Source: an uncultured Erysipelotrichaceae bacterium (GTDB taxonomy: Bacteria > Bacillota_I > Bacilli_A > Erysipelotrichales > Erysipelotrichaceae). From it: a stretch of 24,000 bases of DNA. Under the pieces are notes generated by a model. The model was not told the DNA's origin. It did no database searches and saw nothing but the letters and a program-made list of their open reading frames with translations. The stretch lies in NCBI GenBank assembly GCA_945875435.1, contig CAMCKH010000008.1, positions 1 through 24,000 on the forward strand, read 5' to 3'. Below are positions 1 through 7,755 of the stretch, one piece after another. Within the stretch, counting starts at the first letter, position 1; each line of letters opens with the position of its first letter. The position numbers were made by a program, and so were the translations under genes.

Positions 1-1111
1 AAGATTGAAATTTATCTAGGATTTGTACAACTTTGTTTTGGATATGTATTGGGGGAAGTGGTATTGAAAACTTAGCCATATCATCTCCATGTATACGAAT
101 CAACTTTGTGCCTGTAACTTTTCTCTCTTTTTGTTTTTGAAACTCAGCTGTTTGAAAATAATAGGCAATATACTTAGAATTTTCGGTTGTACGGTAACTA
201 TACATATCTCCAGAAATTCCAATTTCTTCACTTCCAAGCCAAACTACACTTTTCCCTACATCCTCTATATTTTCAGAAGTTGTAGCGATTAAAATATCAT
301 TATGTTTAGCTTTCTTTAATTTACTAAAAACAGTATCATTAACAAACGAAATAACTTTATCTGTTTCAAAATTATATGCGGTATATATTTGTCCATAGTG
401 AACTACCGGTTTTCCTGTTAAAACAAAATCTTTTTTCTGTAATCCATTACCTCTGATAAATAAACCAACCTCACCCAATGTGGTTAATCTTAATTCATAT
501 TCACAATTCCTATCAATATATTTACTTAATTTATTCAAATAATCTTCACTTAATAATAAATTTCTATAATATTCATATTGTTTGGTGCGTTGTTGTAATT
601 CAGTCTGTAATTCAGTAACATAATTTGTGAATTTATCAAGTATTTCTACTATTTTTTGTTGGGTTTCTAGTGAGGGGATGGGGATTTGGATTTTTTTCAT
701 TTCTGCTTGATTAATTTTAGGTGGAAGCCCCTTTACAATTGAAGATACATTAACATTAGACAAAGAATAATATATGAATTTTAAATTATACCTCTCATCT
801 ATATTAGCCAAAACATGTGCATGGTTATTTACCCATATTTTTTGATTTTCTACAAAATGTAAAACAGGAGTTCCATTTTCTCTCATTACTGTACCATCTT
901 CTCCCATTAATATAAAAGTTCCATCAAAAAGATAATCATTTATATAGTCTTGAATTCCGTTAGCTCCAAAGTAAGGATATTTACCAAAAATTCTTTTTGA
1001 TTTAGTAACAGGTTTTCTCTTGTGGTCAAGTACCTCACAAACTTCCCCCAACTTCTTCCACTCAACTTTTTCATTCTTAATTATTTCAAAAATATTATAG
1101 ACCTTTGACAT
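1..1111 (-). CDS. hsdS: Type I restriction-modification specificity subunit HsdS (3' end lies beyond the left edge)
   Basis: Absent from the ORF track because it has no stop codon in the window. I translated it by hand from ATG 1111 (GAGG about 8 nt upstream): MSKVYNIFEIIKNEKVEWKKLGEVCEVLDHKRKPV... I checked the frame codon by codon and it stays open for 370 codons down to position 2. It has two target-recognition-like halves. They are separated by the conserved helical spacer LETQQKIVEILDKFTNYVTELQTELQQRTKQYEYYRNLLL, and a second copy of that motif (IQNKVVQILDKFQS) sits at the window edge. This is the classic HsdS layout. Confidence 0.85.
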   Translation of the reverse strand, partial: MSKVYNIFEIIKNEKVEWKKLGEVCEVLDHKRKPVTKSKRIFGKYPYFGANGIQDYINDYLFDGTFILMGEDGTVMRENGTPVLHFVENQKIWVNNHAHVLANIDERYNLKFIYYSLSNVNVSSIVKGLPPKINQAEMKKIQIPIPSLETQQKIVEILDKFTNYVTELQTELQQRTKQYEYYRNLLLSEDYLNKLSKYIDRNCEYELRLTTLGEVGLFIRGNGLQKKDFVLTGKPVVHYGQIYTAYNFETDKVISFVNDTVFSKLKKAKHNDILIATTSENIEDVGKSVVWLGSEEIGISGDMYSYRTTENSKYIAYYFQTAEFQKQKERKVTGTKLIRIHGDDMAKFSIPLPPIHIQNKVVQILDKFQS

Positions 1112-1325
1112 AAATATAACCTCATTGTCATTTTATCATATACTATATGCTATTCCAAAAATAAATCTTATAAGCATATAAGTTTTGTTACTATCTAATA
1201 TACTATAATAAAAAGTGATAATTTGAAACAAAAATTCAATATAATTTCTGAAATTATTTCGTTTTTTTCTGAATTAGTTAATTCAAAATAGACCCTATGG
1301 AGCTTTTTAATTCTTAATAACAAAT

Positions 1326-1351
1326 AAACACACCTACTAATAGGTGTGTTT
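1326..1351 (-). terminator. Rho-independent terminator downstream of gapA
   Basis: Perfect 10-bp stem aaacacacct / aggtgtgttt with a 6-nt loop, 14 nt after the gapA stop. An A/T-rich run with T stretches (ATTTGTTATT) follows on the minus strand. Confidence 0.8.
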
Positions 1352-1364
1352 ACATTTTAATTAC

Positions 1365-2375
1365 TTATTTTAAATTGTTGAAGTATTTAATAGTTCTAAC
1401 CATTTGGCTAGTGTAGCTATTTTCATTATCATACCAAGCAACAACTTGAACTTGATATAAGCCATCCGCAACTTTAGTAACCATTGTTTGAGTTGCATCA
1501 AAAATTGAACCATGAGTATCTCCGATAATATCGCTTGATACTAATTCAAGTTCTGTATAACCGAATGAATCATTTTCAACACTCTTCATATGAGCATTAA
1601 TTGCTTTAGCATTTAATTCATCAGCTTTAACAACTGCTACTAAGATTGTACTTGAACCAGTAGGAACAGGAACTCTTTGTGCAGAACCAATTAATTTACC
1701 TGAAAGTTCAGGAATAACAAGACCAATAGCCTTAGCAGCACCAGTACTGTTTGGAACAATGTTTACAGCAGCAGCACGAGCTCTTCTTAAATCACCTTTA
1801 CGGTGAGGTCCATCAAGCACCATTTGATCACCAGTGTATGCATGAACTGTTGTCATAATACCTGATTGAACTGGAGCTAAATCGTTTAATGCTTTAGCCA
1901 TTGGAGCTAAGCAGTTTGTTGTACAAGAAGCAGCACTGATAATCTTATCTTCTGCAGTTAAAATGTTTTCATTTACCCCAAATACTACTGTTGGTAAATC
2001 ATTACCAGCTGGAGCAGAGATAACAACTTTCTTAGCACCTGCACTAATATGAGCAGCAGCTTTATCTTTAGAAGTATAGAAACCTGTACATTCTAAAACA
2101 ACATCAACACCTAATTCACCCCAAGGAAGATTTGCAGCATCTTTTTCAGCGTAAATTTTAATTTCTTTACCATCTACAAAGATTGAACCTTCTCCTGCTT
2201 CAACTTTTCTATTGTATTGTCCTTGACATGAATCGTATTTTAATAAATGAGCCAACATTTTAGCATCTGTTAAATCATTTAATGCAACGATTTCATAGTC
2301 TGAATCTCCGAACATTTGTCTGAAAGCTAAACGTCCGATACGTCCAAAACCATTAATTGCAACTTTTACTGACAT
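1365..2375 (-). CDS. gapA: Glyceraldehyde-3-phosphate dehydrogenase (type I)
   Basis: 336 aa. N-terminal NAD fold [13 protein letters not shown], catalytic [10 protein letters not shown] motif, C-terminal WYDNE. Strong RBS AAAGGAGG upstream of the ATG. Confidence 0.97.
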   Translation of the reverse strand: MSVKVAINGFGRIGRLAFRQMFGDSDYEIVALNDLTDAKMLAHLLKYDSCQGQYNRKVEAGEGSIFVDGKEIKIYAEKDAANLPWGELGVDVVLECTGFYTSKDKAAAHISAGAKKVVISAPAGNDLPTVVFGVNENILTAEDKIISAASCTTNCLAPMAKALNDLAPVQSGIMTTVHAYTGDQMVLDGPHRKGDLRRARAAAVNIVPNSTGAAKAIGLVIPELSGKLIGSAQRVPVPTGSSTILVAVVKADELNAKAINAHMKSVENDSFGYTELELVSSDIIGDTHGSIFDATQTMVTKVADGLYQVQVVAWYDNENSYTSQMVRTIKYFNNLK

Positions 2376-2405
2376 TATATAATTTCCTCCTTTTGCAACA
2401 CTTAA

Positions 2406-2434
2406 ATTATAAATTTTAGATACTTTTTTGTCAA
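2406..2434 (-). promoter_or_regulatory. Consensus sigma-70-type promoter for gapA
   Basis: On the minus strand, TTGACA (2434..2429), a 17-nt spacer, then TATAAT (2411..2406). It lies about 30 nt upstream of the gapA ATG and directly after the ldhD terminator. Confidence 0.7.
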
Positions 2435-2436
2435 TT

Positions 2437-2459
2437 AAAAGGAGTATTAAACTCCTTTT
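2437..2459 (-). terminator. Rho-independent terminator downstream of ldhD
   Basis: 9-bp stem aaaaggagt / actcctttt with a 5-nt loop, 7 nt after the ldhD stop. The T-run is part of and follows the 3' arm on the minus strand. Confidence 0.65.
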
Positions 2460-2465
2460 AATTCT

Positions 2466-3467
2466 TTATAAAATAACTTCTTCGCTAGCCTTACCAGTGT
2501 TAAATACTTTAACAGCTGCATCTAAAGCTATATGAACTAAATTTTCAATAGCAGTATGGGTATAAAATGCAATATGAGGAGAATAAAGAACATCTTCTCT
2601 TTCAATTAAAGCTAATAAAACTTCATCTTTAATATCTTCTTTTTTCCATACCTTATTTATGTATGGTCCTTCAAACTCATAAGTATCCATAACCACAGCT
2701 CTAATTTTTTTATCATCTAATGCTTTAAGCATAGCTTTAGTATCCACCAAACTACCTCTAGCAGTATTTACAAAAATTAAATTAGGTTTACATAAATTGA
2801 AAAGTTCTTCATTAAATATGTGGTAATTTTCTTCAGTAGCTGGAGCGTGAAGCGAAATAATATCGCAAGTTTTCACTAATTCTTCTAAACTTTCTACATA
2901 AGTTAAAATTTCCGCAGCTTCTTTTGAAGGATATAAATCATAGCCATAAACCTCTGCACCTAAATTTTTAAAATGCAAAGCAGCTACTCTACCAATATTA
3001 CCTGTTCCAAAAATACCAACTTTTTGTTTTCTTATTTCTTCACTCACAATAGGTTTAATCCAGCGAAGATCTAATTCTTGAACATTTTTTTGGATTTTAT
3101 CAAAATTTCTACTGAAATAAAGAGCACCTGAAACTGCATATTCTGCGATCGCATTTGGTGAATATACCGGAACTCTTACTAAACGAATACCTAATTCTTT
3201 TAGTAAATCTAAACGATACATATCAAATCCTGCAGAACGAGTTGCCCAAATCTTAATACCACAATTCGCAACTTTTCGGTAAATTTCTTCTGAAATAGCT
3301 CTAACTTGTGAAACACAAATCGCATCAAAACCTTCTCTAATATATTGACTGCTTTCTTCGGTAAGTAAACTTTCGTGAATTTCAAGCTCTATTTCTGGAT
3401 GTTTTTCTTGATAAAGTTTAAAAGCATCTTTTTCATCTTCACGAACTGCATAAACTAAAATTTTCAT
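2466..3467 (-). CDS. ldhD: D-isomer-specific 2-hydroxyacid dehydrogenase, most likely D-lactate dehydrogenase
   Basis: 333 aa. NAD-binding motif GIFGTGNIGR and catalytic triad context NTARG / MDTYEFE / SPHIAFYT, typical of D-LDH-type enzymes. RBS TAAGGAG lies 6 nt upstream, and the start is 9 nt after the upstream gene's stop. Confidence 0.85.
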   Translation of the reverse strand: MKILVYAVREDEKDAFKLYQEKHPEIELEIHESLLTEESSQYIREGFDAICVSQVRAISEEIYRKVANCGIKIWATRSAGFDMYRLDLLKELGIRLVRVPVYSPNAIAEYAVSGALYFSRNFDKIQKNVQELDLRWIKPIVSEEIRKQKVGIFGTGNIGRVAALHFKNLGAEVYGYDLYPSKEAAEILTYVESLEELVKTCDIISLHAPATEENYHIFNEELFNLCKPNLIFVNTARGSLVDTKAMLKALDDKKIRAVVMDTYEFEGPYINKVWKKEDIKDEVLLALIEREDVLYSPHIAFYTHTAIENLVHIALDAAVKVFNTGKASEEVIL

Positions 3468-3476
3468 TCAAACTCC

Positions 3477-4544
3477 TTATTTAAAGATATAAATTTCTTC
3501 GGTATAAACTTTTAATACTTTTGTATTTATTTGATGAATAATATAAGCACCTAATGTTGTTAAGACAAAGTATGCTACAACTATCATACCAACTCTAACT
3601 AATGGTGGGTGTTCCATCAAACGATAAGCGTTAATTGGACCAACCATTCCTGAGAAACCAAAACCTGAAGATTGTGGAGTTCCTTGGATATTGAAAAGAT
3701 AAGCCCAAATACCTGCTAAAATACCATTTAAAATAATAGGTAGATTAATTATAGGATGACGAGTCCAGTTAGGAATGAATAATTTCATCGAACCAAAGAA
3801 TACTGCTAAAATAATACCTAATTTATTTTTAGCAAAGAATGAGCCTACAATTAAAGTCATCGCACAAGAAGCAATACCTAGGTTCGCAGCACCTGAAGCA
3901 AGACCAGTTAAACCTACCGCAATACCAATCGCAACTGTAGACATTGGAGAGATAATTATTATTGAGAATGAGACAGCTATTAAAATACTCATTAATAGCG
4001 GTTGAAGTTCAGTGAATTTTTTAATCATTTCCCCTACCGCAATAGAAATTTGACTTACATAAGGAAGGATTACTACCCCAAAACTACCTAAAATTGTAAC
4101 TACAAATAAAGGAACTAAAAGCAACGATAAGGCTCCTAGACGACCCTTTAATAATTGAATAAATATAACACCTAAACTTGCGATTAAAATGATATTTATT
4201 AAATCTCCAATACCTTGAAGTTGTAAAAGAGCTTTATCATTAACCATAATAACCTTCACAACACCAGAACTTATAAAAGTTGTTAGTCCTAGAGTTGCGA
4301 TTTCAACCGGGGTAAACGCGAATTGAACAGCAACTAAACAACCAATAAGCAGAGGAACTGCTGATTGAATAGATTGAACCACGAAAAGTGGTGTAGCAAG
4401 GAATGGATAACTATCTTTTAAAGCTTTAAAAACTTCACCTAAAATAGCATTAGGGATTAGACCTATAACGATACCTATCGCAACTCCATTTAATAACTTA
4501 TTGATGAACTCTTTACGGCTCATCTGCATTAATTTAGAAAACAT
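3477..4544 (-). CDS. Polytopic membrane protein, PTS EIIC-like permease (PTS_EIIC_2-type by recollection)
   Basis: The track ORF is 395 aa. I place the start at the internal ATG 4544 (MFSKLMQMSRKEF...), which is preceded by AAAGAAAGAGGTG. That gives 355 aa and removes the overlap with glf. The protein is highly hydrophobic, about 10 predicted helices, with an N-terminus (NGVAIGIVIGLIPNAILGE) resembling stand-alone EIIC-like permeases. The family call is from memory only. Confidence 0.6.
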   Translation of the reverse strand: MFSKLMQMSRKEFINKLLNGVAIGIVIGLIPNAILGEVFKALKDSYPFLATPLFVVQSIQSAVPLLIGCLVAVQFAFTPVEIATLGLTTFISSGVVKVIMVNDKALLQLQGIGDLINIILIASLGVIFIQLLKGRLGALSLLLVPLFVVTILGSFGVVILPYVSQISIAVGEMIKKFTELQPLLMSILIAVSFSIIIISPMSTVAIGIAVGLTGLASGAANLGIASCAMTLIVGSFFAKNKLGIILAVFFGSMKLFIPNWTRHPIINLPIILNGILAGIWAYLFNIQGTPQSSGFGFSGMVGPINAYRLMEHPPLVRVGMIVVAYFVLTTLGAYIIHQINTKVLKVYTEEIYIFK

Positions 4545-4568
4545 AAGCACCTCTTTCTTTATAATTAT

Positions 4569-4597
4569 ATTATAATACAATTTCACATAATTTTGAA
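4569..4597 (-). promoter_or_regulatory. Putative promoter for the EIIC-like/ldhD unit
   Basis: On the minus strand, TTCAAA (4597..4592), 17 nt, then TATAAT (4574..4569). It sits between the glf terminator and the AGAGGTG RBS of the permease. Confidence 0.5.
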
Positions 4598-4608
4598 TAA
4601 AAATTTTA

Positions 4609-4628
4609 AAAGAAGCCTTAGCTTCTTT
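4609..4628 (-). terminator. Rho-independent terminator at the end of glf (end of the zur-znu-glf unit)
   Basis: 8-bp stem aaagaagc / gcttcttt with a 4-nt loop that contains the glf stop codon. On the minus strand it is followed by TAAAATTTTTATT. Confidence 0.6.
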
Positions 4629-5733
4629 GAAATTCTTTTTCACATAGTTCCAACATTTTTTCAACTATAATGTGCATATCGTAATATTTATATTCTGCCA
4701 GTCTACCACAAAAAATCACATCTTTTCTACTTTTTGATAGCTCTGCATATCTTTGGTAAATTTCATTATTAACATCATCATTTATAGGATAATACGGTTC
4801 TACTTCATCGCTATAATCTAAAGGGTATTCTCTACTAATAACTGTTTTTAAACTATCACTTTTTTCAAAATGTTTATGTTCAATAATTCTAGTGTATGGA
4901 ATATCTCTCTCGGTATAATTCACAACCGCATTTCCTTGGAAATTATCAATATCTAGAATTTCTTCTTCAAACCTTAAACTTCTATAATTTAATCTTCCTA
5001 ATTGATAATTGAAAAACTTATCTATCATTCCGGTAAAGACTATTTTTTTAGCACTGTTTTCTAAATTTTCTCGATCGCTAAAAAAATCTTTATTAAGTTC
5101 AACCTCAATACCTTCTAATAATTTTTCAAAAAGAAGATTATATCCTCCAACCACAACACCTTGATAAGTATCGTTGAAATAATTATTATCATAAGTAAAT
5201 CTTAAAGGTAGTCTTTTAATTACAAAAGCAGGTATTTTAGTAGCGTCTTGATTCCATTGTTTTTCACTATAACCTTTAATTAATTTATAATAAATATCTT
5301 CTCCTACCAATTTCAAAGCTTGTTGCTGTAAATTTATCGGATTAATATCTTTATACTTTGAAGTTTCTGCAATAATTTTGTCTTTAGCTTCCTTAACTGT
5401 TATAGTATTCCATAATTGATAAAAAGTATTCATATTAAAAGGAAGATTATAAATTTTATCCTTATATTTTGCGATAGGAGAATTGATATAATTATTAAAA
5501 CTCACAAATTGATTTAAGTAATCCCAAACTTTTTTATTAGAGGTATGGAAAATATGGGCACCATATTTATGTACATTAATACCTTCAATATTTTCGCAAT
5601 AAAGATTACCACCAATATGATTTCGTTTATCAATAACTTTTACTTTATATCCTCTTTTATTAGCTTCATAAGCAAATATAGCTCCAGCTAAACCACTCCC
5701 AACAACCAAATAATCATACTTACTGCTCAACAT
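4618..5733 (-). CDS. glf: UDP-galactopyranose mutase
   Basis: FAD fold YDYLVVGSGLAGAIFA...KVIDKRNHIGGN, then GAHIFHT and YPINDD/RLAEYKYYDM motifs typical of Glf. I place the start at ATG 5733 (MLSSKYDYLVV), which is preceded by GAGGTG 7 nt upstream. The 14-codon extension in the track has no support. Confidence 0.93.
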   Translation of the reverse strand: MLSSKYDYLVVGSGLAGAIFAYEANKRGYKVKVIDKRNHIGGNLYCENIEGINVHKYGAHIFHTSNKKVWDYLNQFVSFNNYINSPIAKYKDKIYNLPFNMNTFYQLWNTITVKEAKDKIIAETSKYKDINPINLQQQALKLVGEDIYYKLIKGYSEKQWNQDATKIPAFVIKRLPLRFTYDNNYFNDTYQGVVVGGYNLLFEKLLEGIEVELNKDFFSDRENLENSAKKIVFTGMIDKFFNYQLGRLNYRSLRFEEEILDIDNFQGNAVVNYTERDIPYTRIIEHKHFEKSDSLKTVISREYPLDYSDEVEPYYPINDDVNNEIYQRYAELSKSRKDVIFCGRLAEYKYYDMHIIVEKMLELCEKEFQRS

Positions 5734-6247
5734 ATTCAGCACCTCGCTCTTCCTTAACCTCAATACTTTCAACAACTAAAAATAAATCACGATAATTACC
5801 ATTGATTACTAATTTAGGTTTACCACTAACCTTAATCCAATCGTTTTCTAAAGGAAATTCTCCATTATACTCTAGTAAAAATCCACCCCAACCGTCATTG
5901 CCACAACAACCAGGTCCGTTACGATAAACTGCAGGTGCCTTGTTTCCGTTTAAGCCACTAAGATAAGTAAACATCCCTTCGACTATAATGGTTTTATTTT
6001 CATAATCATTAAAATTATAATAAATATCGTTGATATGAGTGATAAACATTTTTTCACTAATCTCTACAATATCGCTATTTAAACTTTCATTTCTAACACT
6101 ATTTTCAAATGTTTGGGTTGCGGGTGTTACTTTTTGTTCAATATTCTTAATTTCATTTTCAACTTTTTGATAAGAATATTTATACATTTCTTTTTTTTGA
6201 ACACAACCTGTAAGTATTAATAATATAATTACAATAAATTTTTTCAT
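5720..6247 (-). CDS. Lipoprotein of unknown function with a di-cysteine motif (resembles the C-terminal domain of the DUF1980/TIGR03943 family)
   Basis: 175 aa. Signal peptide plus lipobox LILTGC. Its ATG lies 1 nt after the znuB stop (TAAAATG). The C-terminal part IYYNFNDYENKTIIVEGMF...NGPGCCGNDGWGGFLLEY...WIKVSGK recalls the CC-containing domain of YcgQ-like proteins. This is from memory and unverified. Confidence 0.7.
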   Translation of the reverse strand: MKKFIVIILLILTGCVQKKEMYKYSYQKVENEIKNIEQKVTPATQTFENSVRNESLNSDIVEISEKMFITHINDIYYNFNDYENKTIIVEGMFTYLSGLNGNKAPAVYRNGPGCCGNDGWGGFLLEYNGEFPLENDWIKVSGKPKLVINGNYRDLFLVVESIEVKEERGAEYVEQ

Positions 6248-6248
6248 T

Positions 6249-7064
6249 TTAATTGCTCTTAATATATTTTATCAAACTAAATATTAAAAAGACAATCACA
6301 TTAGCCATAGAAATACTAGCACCAGTAGGTGTAGCGTAAACATACGAAACAATCATACCACTGATAAAGCAAATCACAGCTATAATAAGTGCTGCGATGC
6401 TTACACTTTTAAAATCACTAAACAATCTCATGGCACTTAAAGCAGGGAAAATCAATAGACTTGATATCAATAAAGAACCCATTGTCTTCATCCCTAAAAC
6501 CACGGTTAAGGCAGTTAAAATAGCTAAAAGCATTTTGTATAAAGAAACCTTAATTCCACTACCCTGTGCAAAGTTTTCATCAAAAGTTATCGCAAATAAC
6601 TTATGGTAAGTTAAAGCATAGGTTATTAAAACAACTATTGATAAAACAATACTTAAATAAACATCGCTATTGCTTAAACCTAAAATTGTTCCAAATAAAT
6701 AGTTACAAACATCGGTATTAATGCCGGTAGATAAAGAAATAACCATTACCCCAAAAGCTAATGATCCTGTTGATATTAAAGCCACTGCAGCATCACCATT
6801 AATCTTAGAATTTTCAGACATCTTTAAGATAAAAAATGCCGCAATTATTACAATAGGAATAGATACTTGTAGTGGGGCAAGGTTTAAAGCTGTCGCAAGA
6901 GCTAAAGCTCCAAAACCAACATGAGATAAACCATCACCTATCATTGAATATCTTTTAAGGACTAAACTAACCCCTAAAAGTGAAGCACAAAAAGATACTA
7001 AAAGCCCAGCAATTATCGCTTTTACAATGAAAGGATAAGAAAACATTTCACTTATTATGTACAT
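6249..7064 (-). CDS. znuB: Zinc/manganese ABC transporter permease (ZnuB family)
   Basis: About 271 aa, very hydrophobic (about 8 helices), ABC-3-type permease features. It lies directly between the ATPase and the lipoprotein genes. The start is uncertain: the track uses GTG 7070, while ATG 7064 sits 5 nt after AGAGG. Confidence 0.85.
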   Translation of the reverse strand: MYIISEMFSYPFIVKAIIAGLLVSFCASLLGVSLVLKRYSMIGDGLSHVGFGALALATALNLAPLQVSIPIVIIAAFFILKMSENSKINGDAAVALISTGSLAFGVMVISLSTGINTDVCNYLFGTILGLSNSDVYLSIVLSIVVLITYALTYHKLFAITFDENFAQGSGIKVSLYKMLLAILTALTVVLGMKTMGSLLISSLLIFPALSAMRLFSDFKSVSIAALIIAVICFISGMIVSYVYATPTGASISMANVIVFLIFSLIKYIKSN

Positions 7065-7755
7065 GAGCACCTCTCAAAAATTCTTTGGCGACATCACTTT
7101 CAAGATATTCTTTATTTGTACCAAAAAATAGTTGTTCATTTTGAAGATGTAAAATCTTATTCGCATATTTAATAGCACATTCTATATCATGAGATACCAT
7201 AATAATAGTAACTCCGTTTTGATTTAATTTTTTAATTAATTGATAAAACTCTTCAGTGATAATAGGATCAAGACCAGTTACAGGTTCATCCAAAAGTAAT
7301 ATCTCATCGCTAGCACAAAGAGCTCTTCCCAGCAACATTCTTTGGATTTGACCACCTGACAGTGTTTGAATGCTTTTATGTCTAATATCATAGATTCCTA
7401 ATTTTTGCATATTAGATTTTGCGATTTCTTTTTGTTTTTTACTATAAAAAATCCCAAAAACATCTCTTTTTAAAGTACCACTTAAAACAACCTCATTAAC
7501 ACTTGCAGGGAAATCTTTTTTAATACTTGTTTTTTGTGCTAAATAACCAATATTTTTAATATTATTAAAAACAATTTCTTTATTATCAACACTATTTTTA
7601 AGTCCTAAAATACCTTTAATTAAGGTTGATTTTCCAGCACCATTACTACCTATGATGCATAGATAATCGCCTTTATAAACTTCAAAATTCAAATTCTTTA
7701 AAACAATCTTATCATCATAGGCATAAGATATGTCGTTTATACTTATTAATTTCAT
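7048..7755 (-). CDS. znuC: Zinc ABC transporter ATP-binding protein (ZnuC family)
   Basis: 235 aa. Walker A GSNGAGKST, signature LSGGQ, Walker B LLLLDEP, H-loop SHD. The start overlaps the znuA stop (TAATG). Confidence 0.9.
   Translation of the reverse strand: MKLISINDISYAYDDKIVLKNLNFEVYKGDYLCIIGSNGAGKSTLIKGILGLKNSVDNKEIVFNNIKNIGYLAQKTSIKKDFPASVNEVVLSGTLKRDVFGIFYSKKQKEIAKSNMQKLGIYDIRHKSIQTLSGGQIQRMLLGRALCASDEILLLDEPVTGLDPIITEEFYQLIKKLNQNGVTIIMVSHDIECAIKYANKILHLQNEQLFFGTNKEYLESDVAKEFLRGAHVHNK

Noticed and set aside
1130-1138. TGATAAAAT extended -10 as the hsdS promoter
   Set aside because: The predicted transcription start would fall on or after the GAGG Shine-Dalgarno (1120..1123). This makes the element inconsistent with the apparent RBS, so the real promoter is probably further upstream and I could not place it with confidence.
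4545-4664. N-terminal 40-codon extension of the EIIC-like ORF overlapping the glf 3' end
   Set aside because: The internal ATG 4544 has a strong AGAGGTG RBS. A terminator and a promoter lie within the proposed extension. The extension sequence is not membrane-protein-like.
5734-5775. 14-codon N-terminal extension of glf
   Set aside because: ATG 5733 is preceded by GAGGTG at ideal spacing, and it places the FAD-binding GxGxxG fold at the usual distance from the N-terminus.
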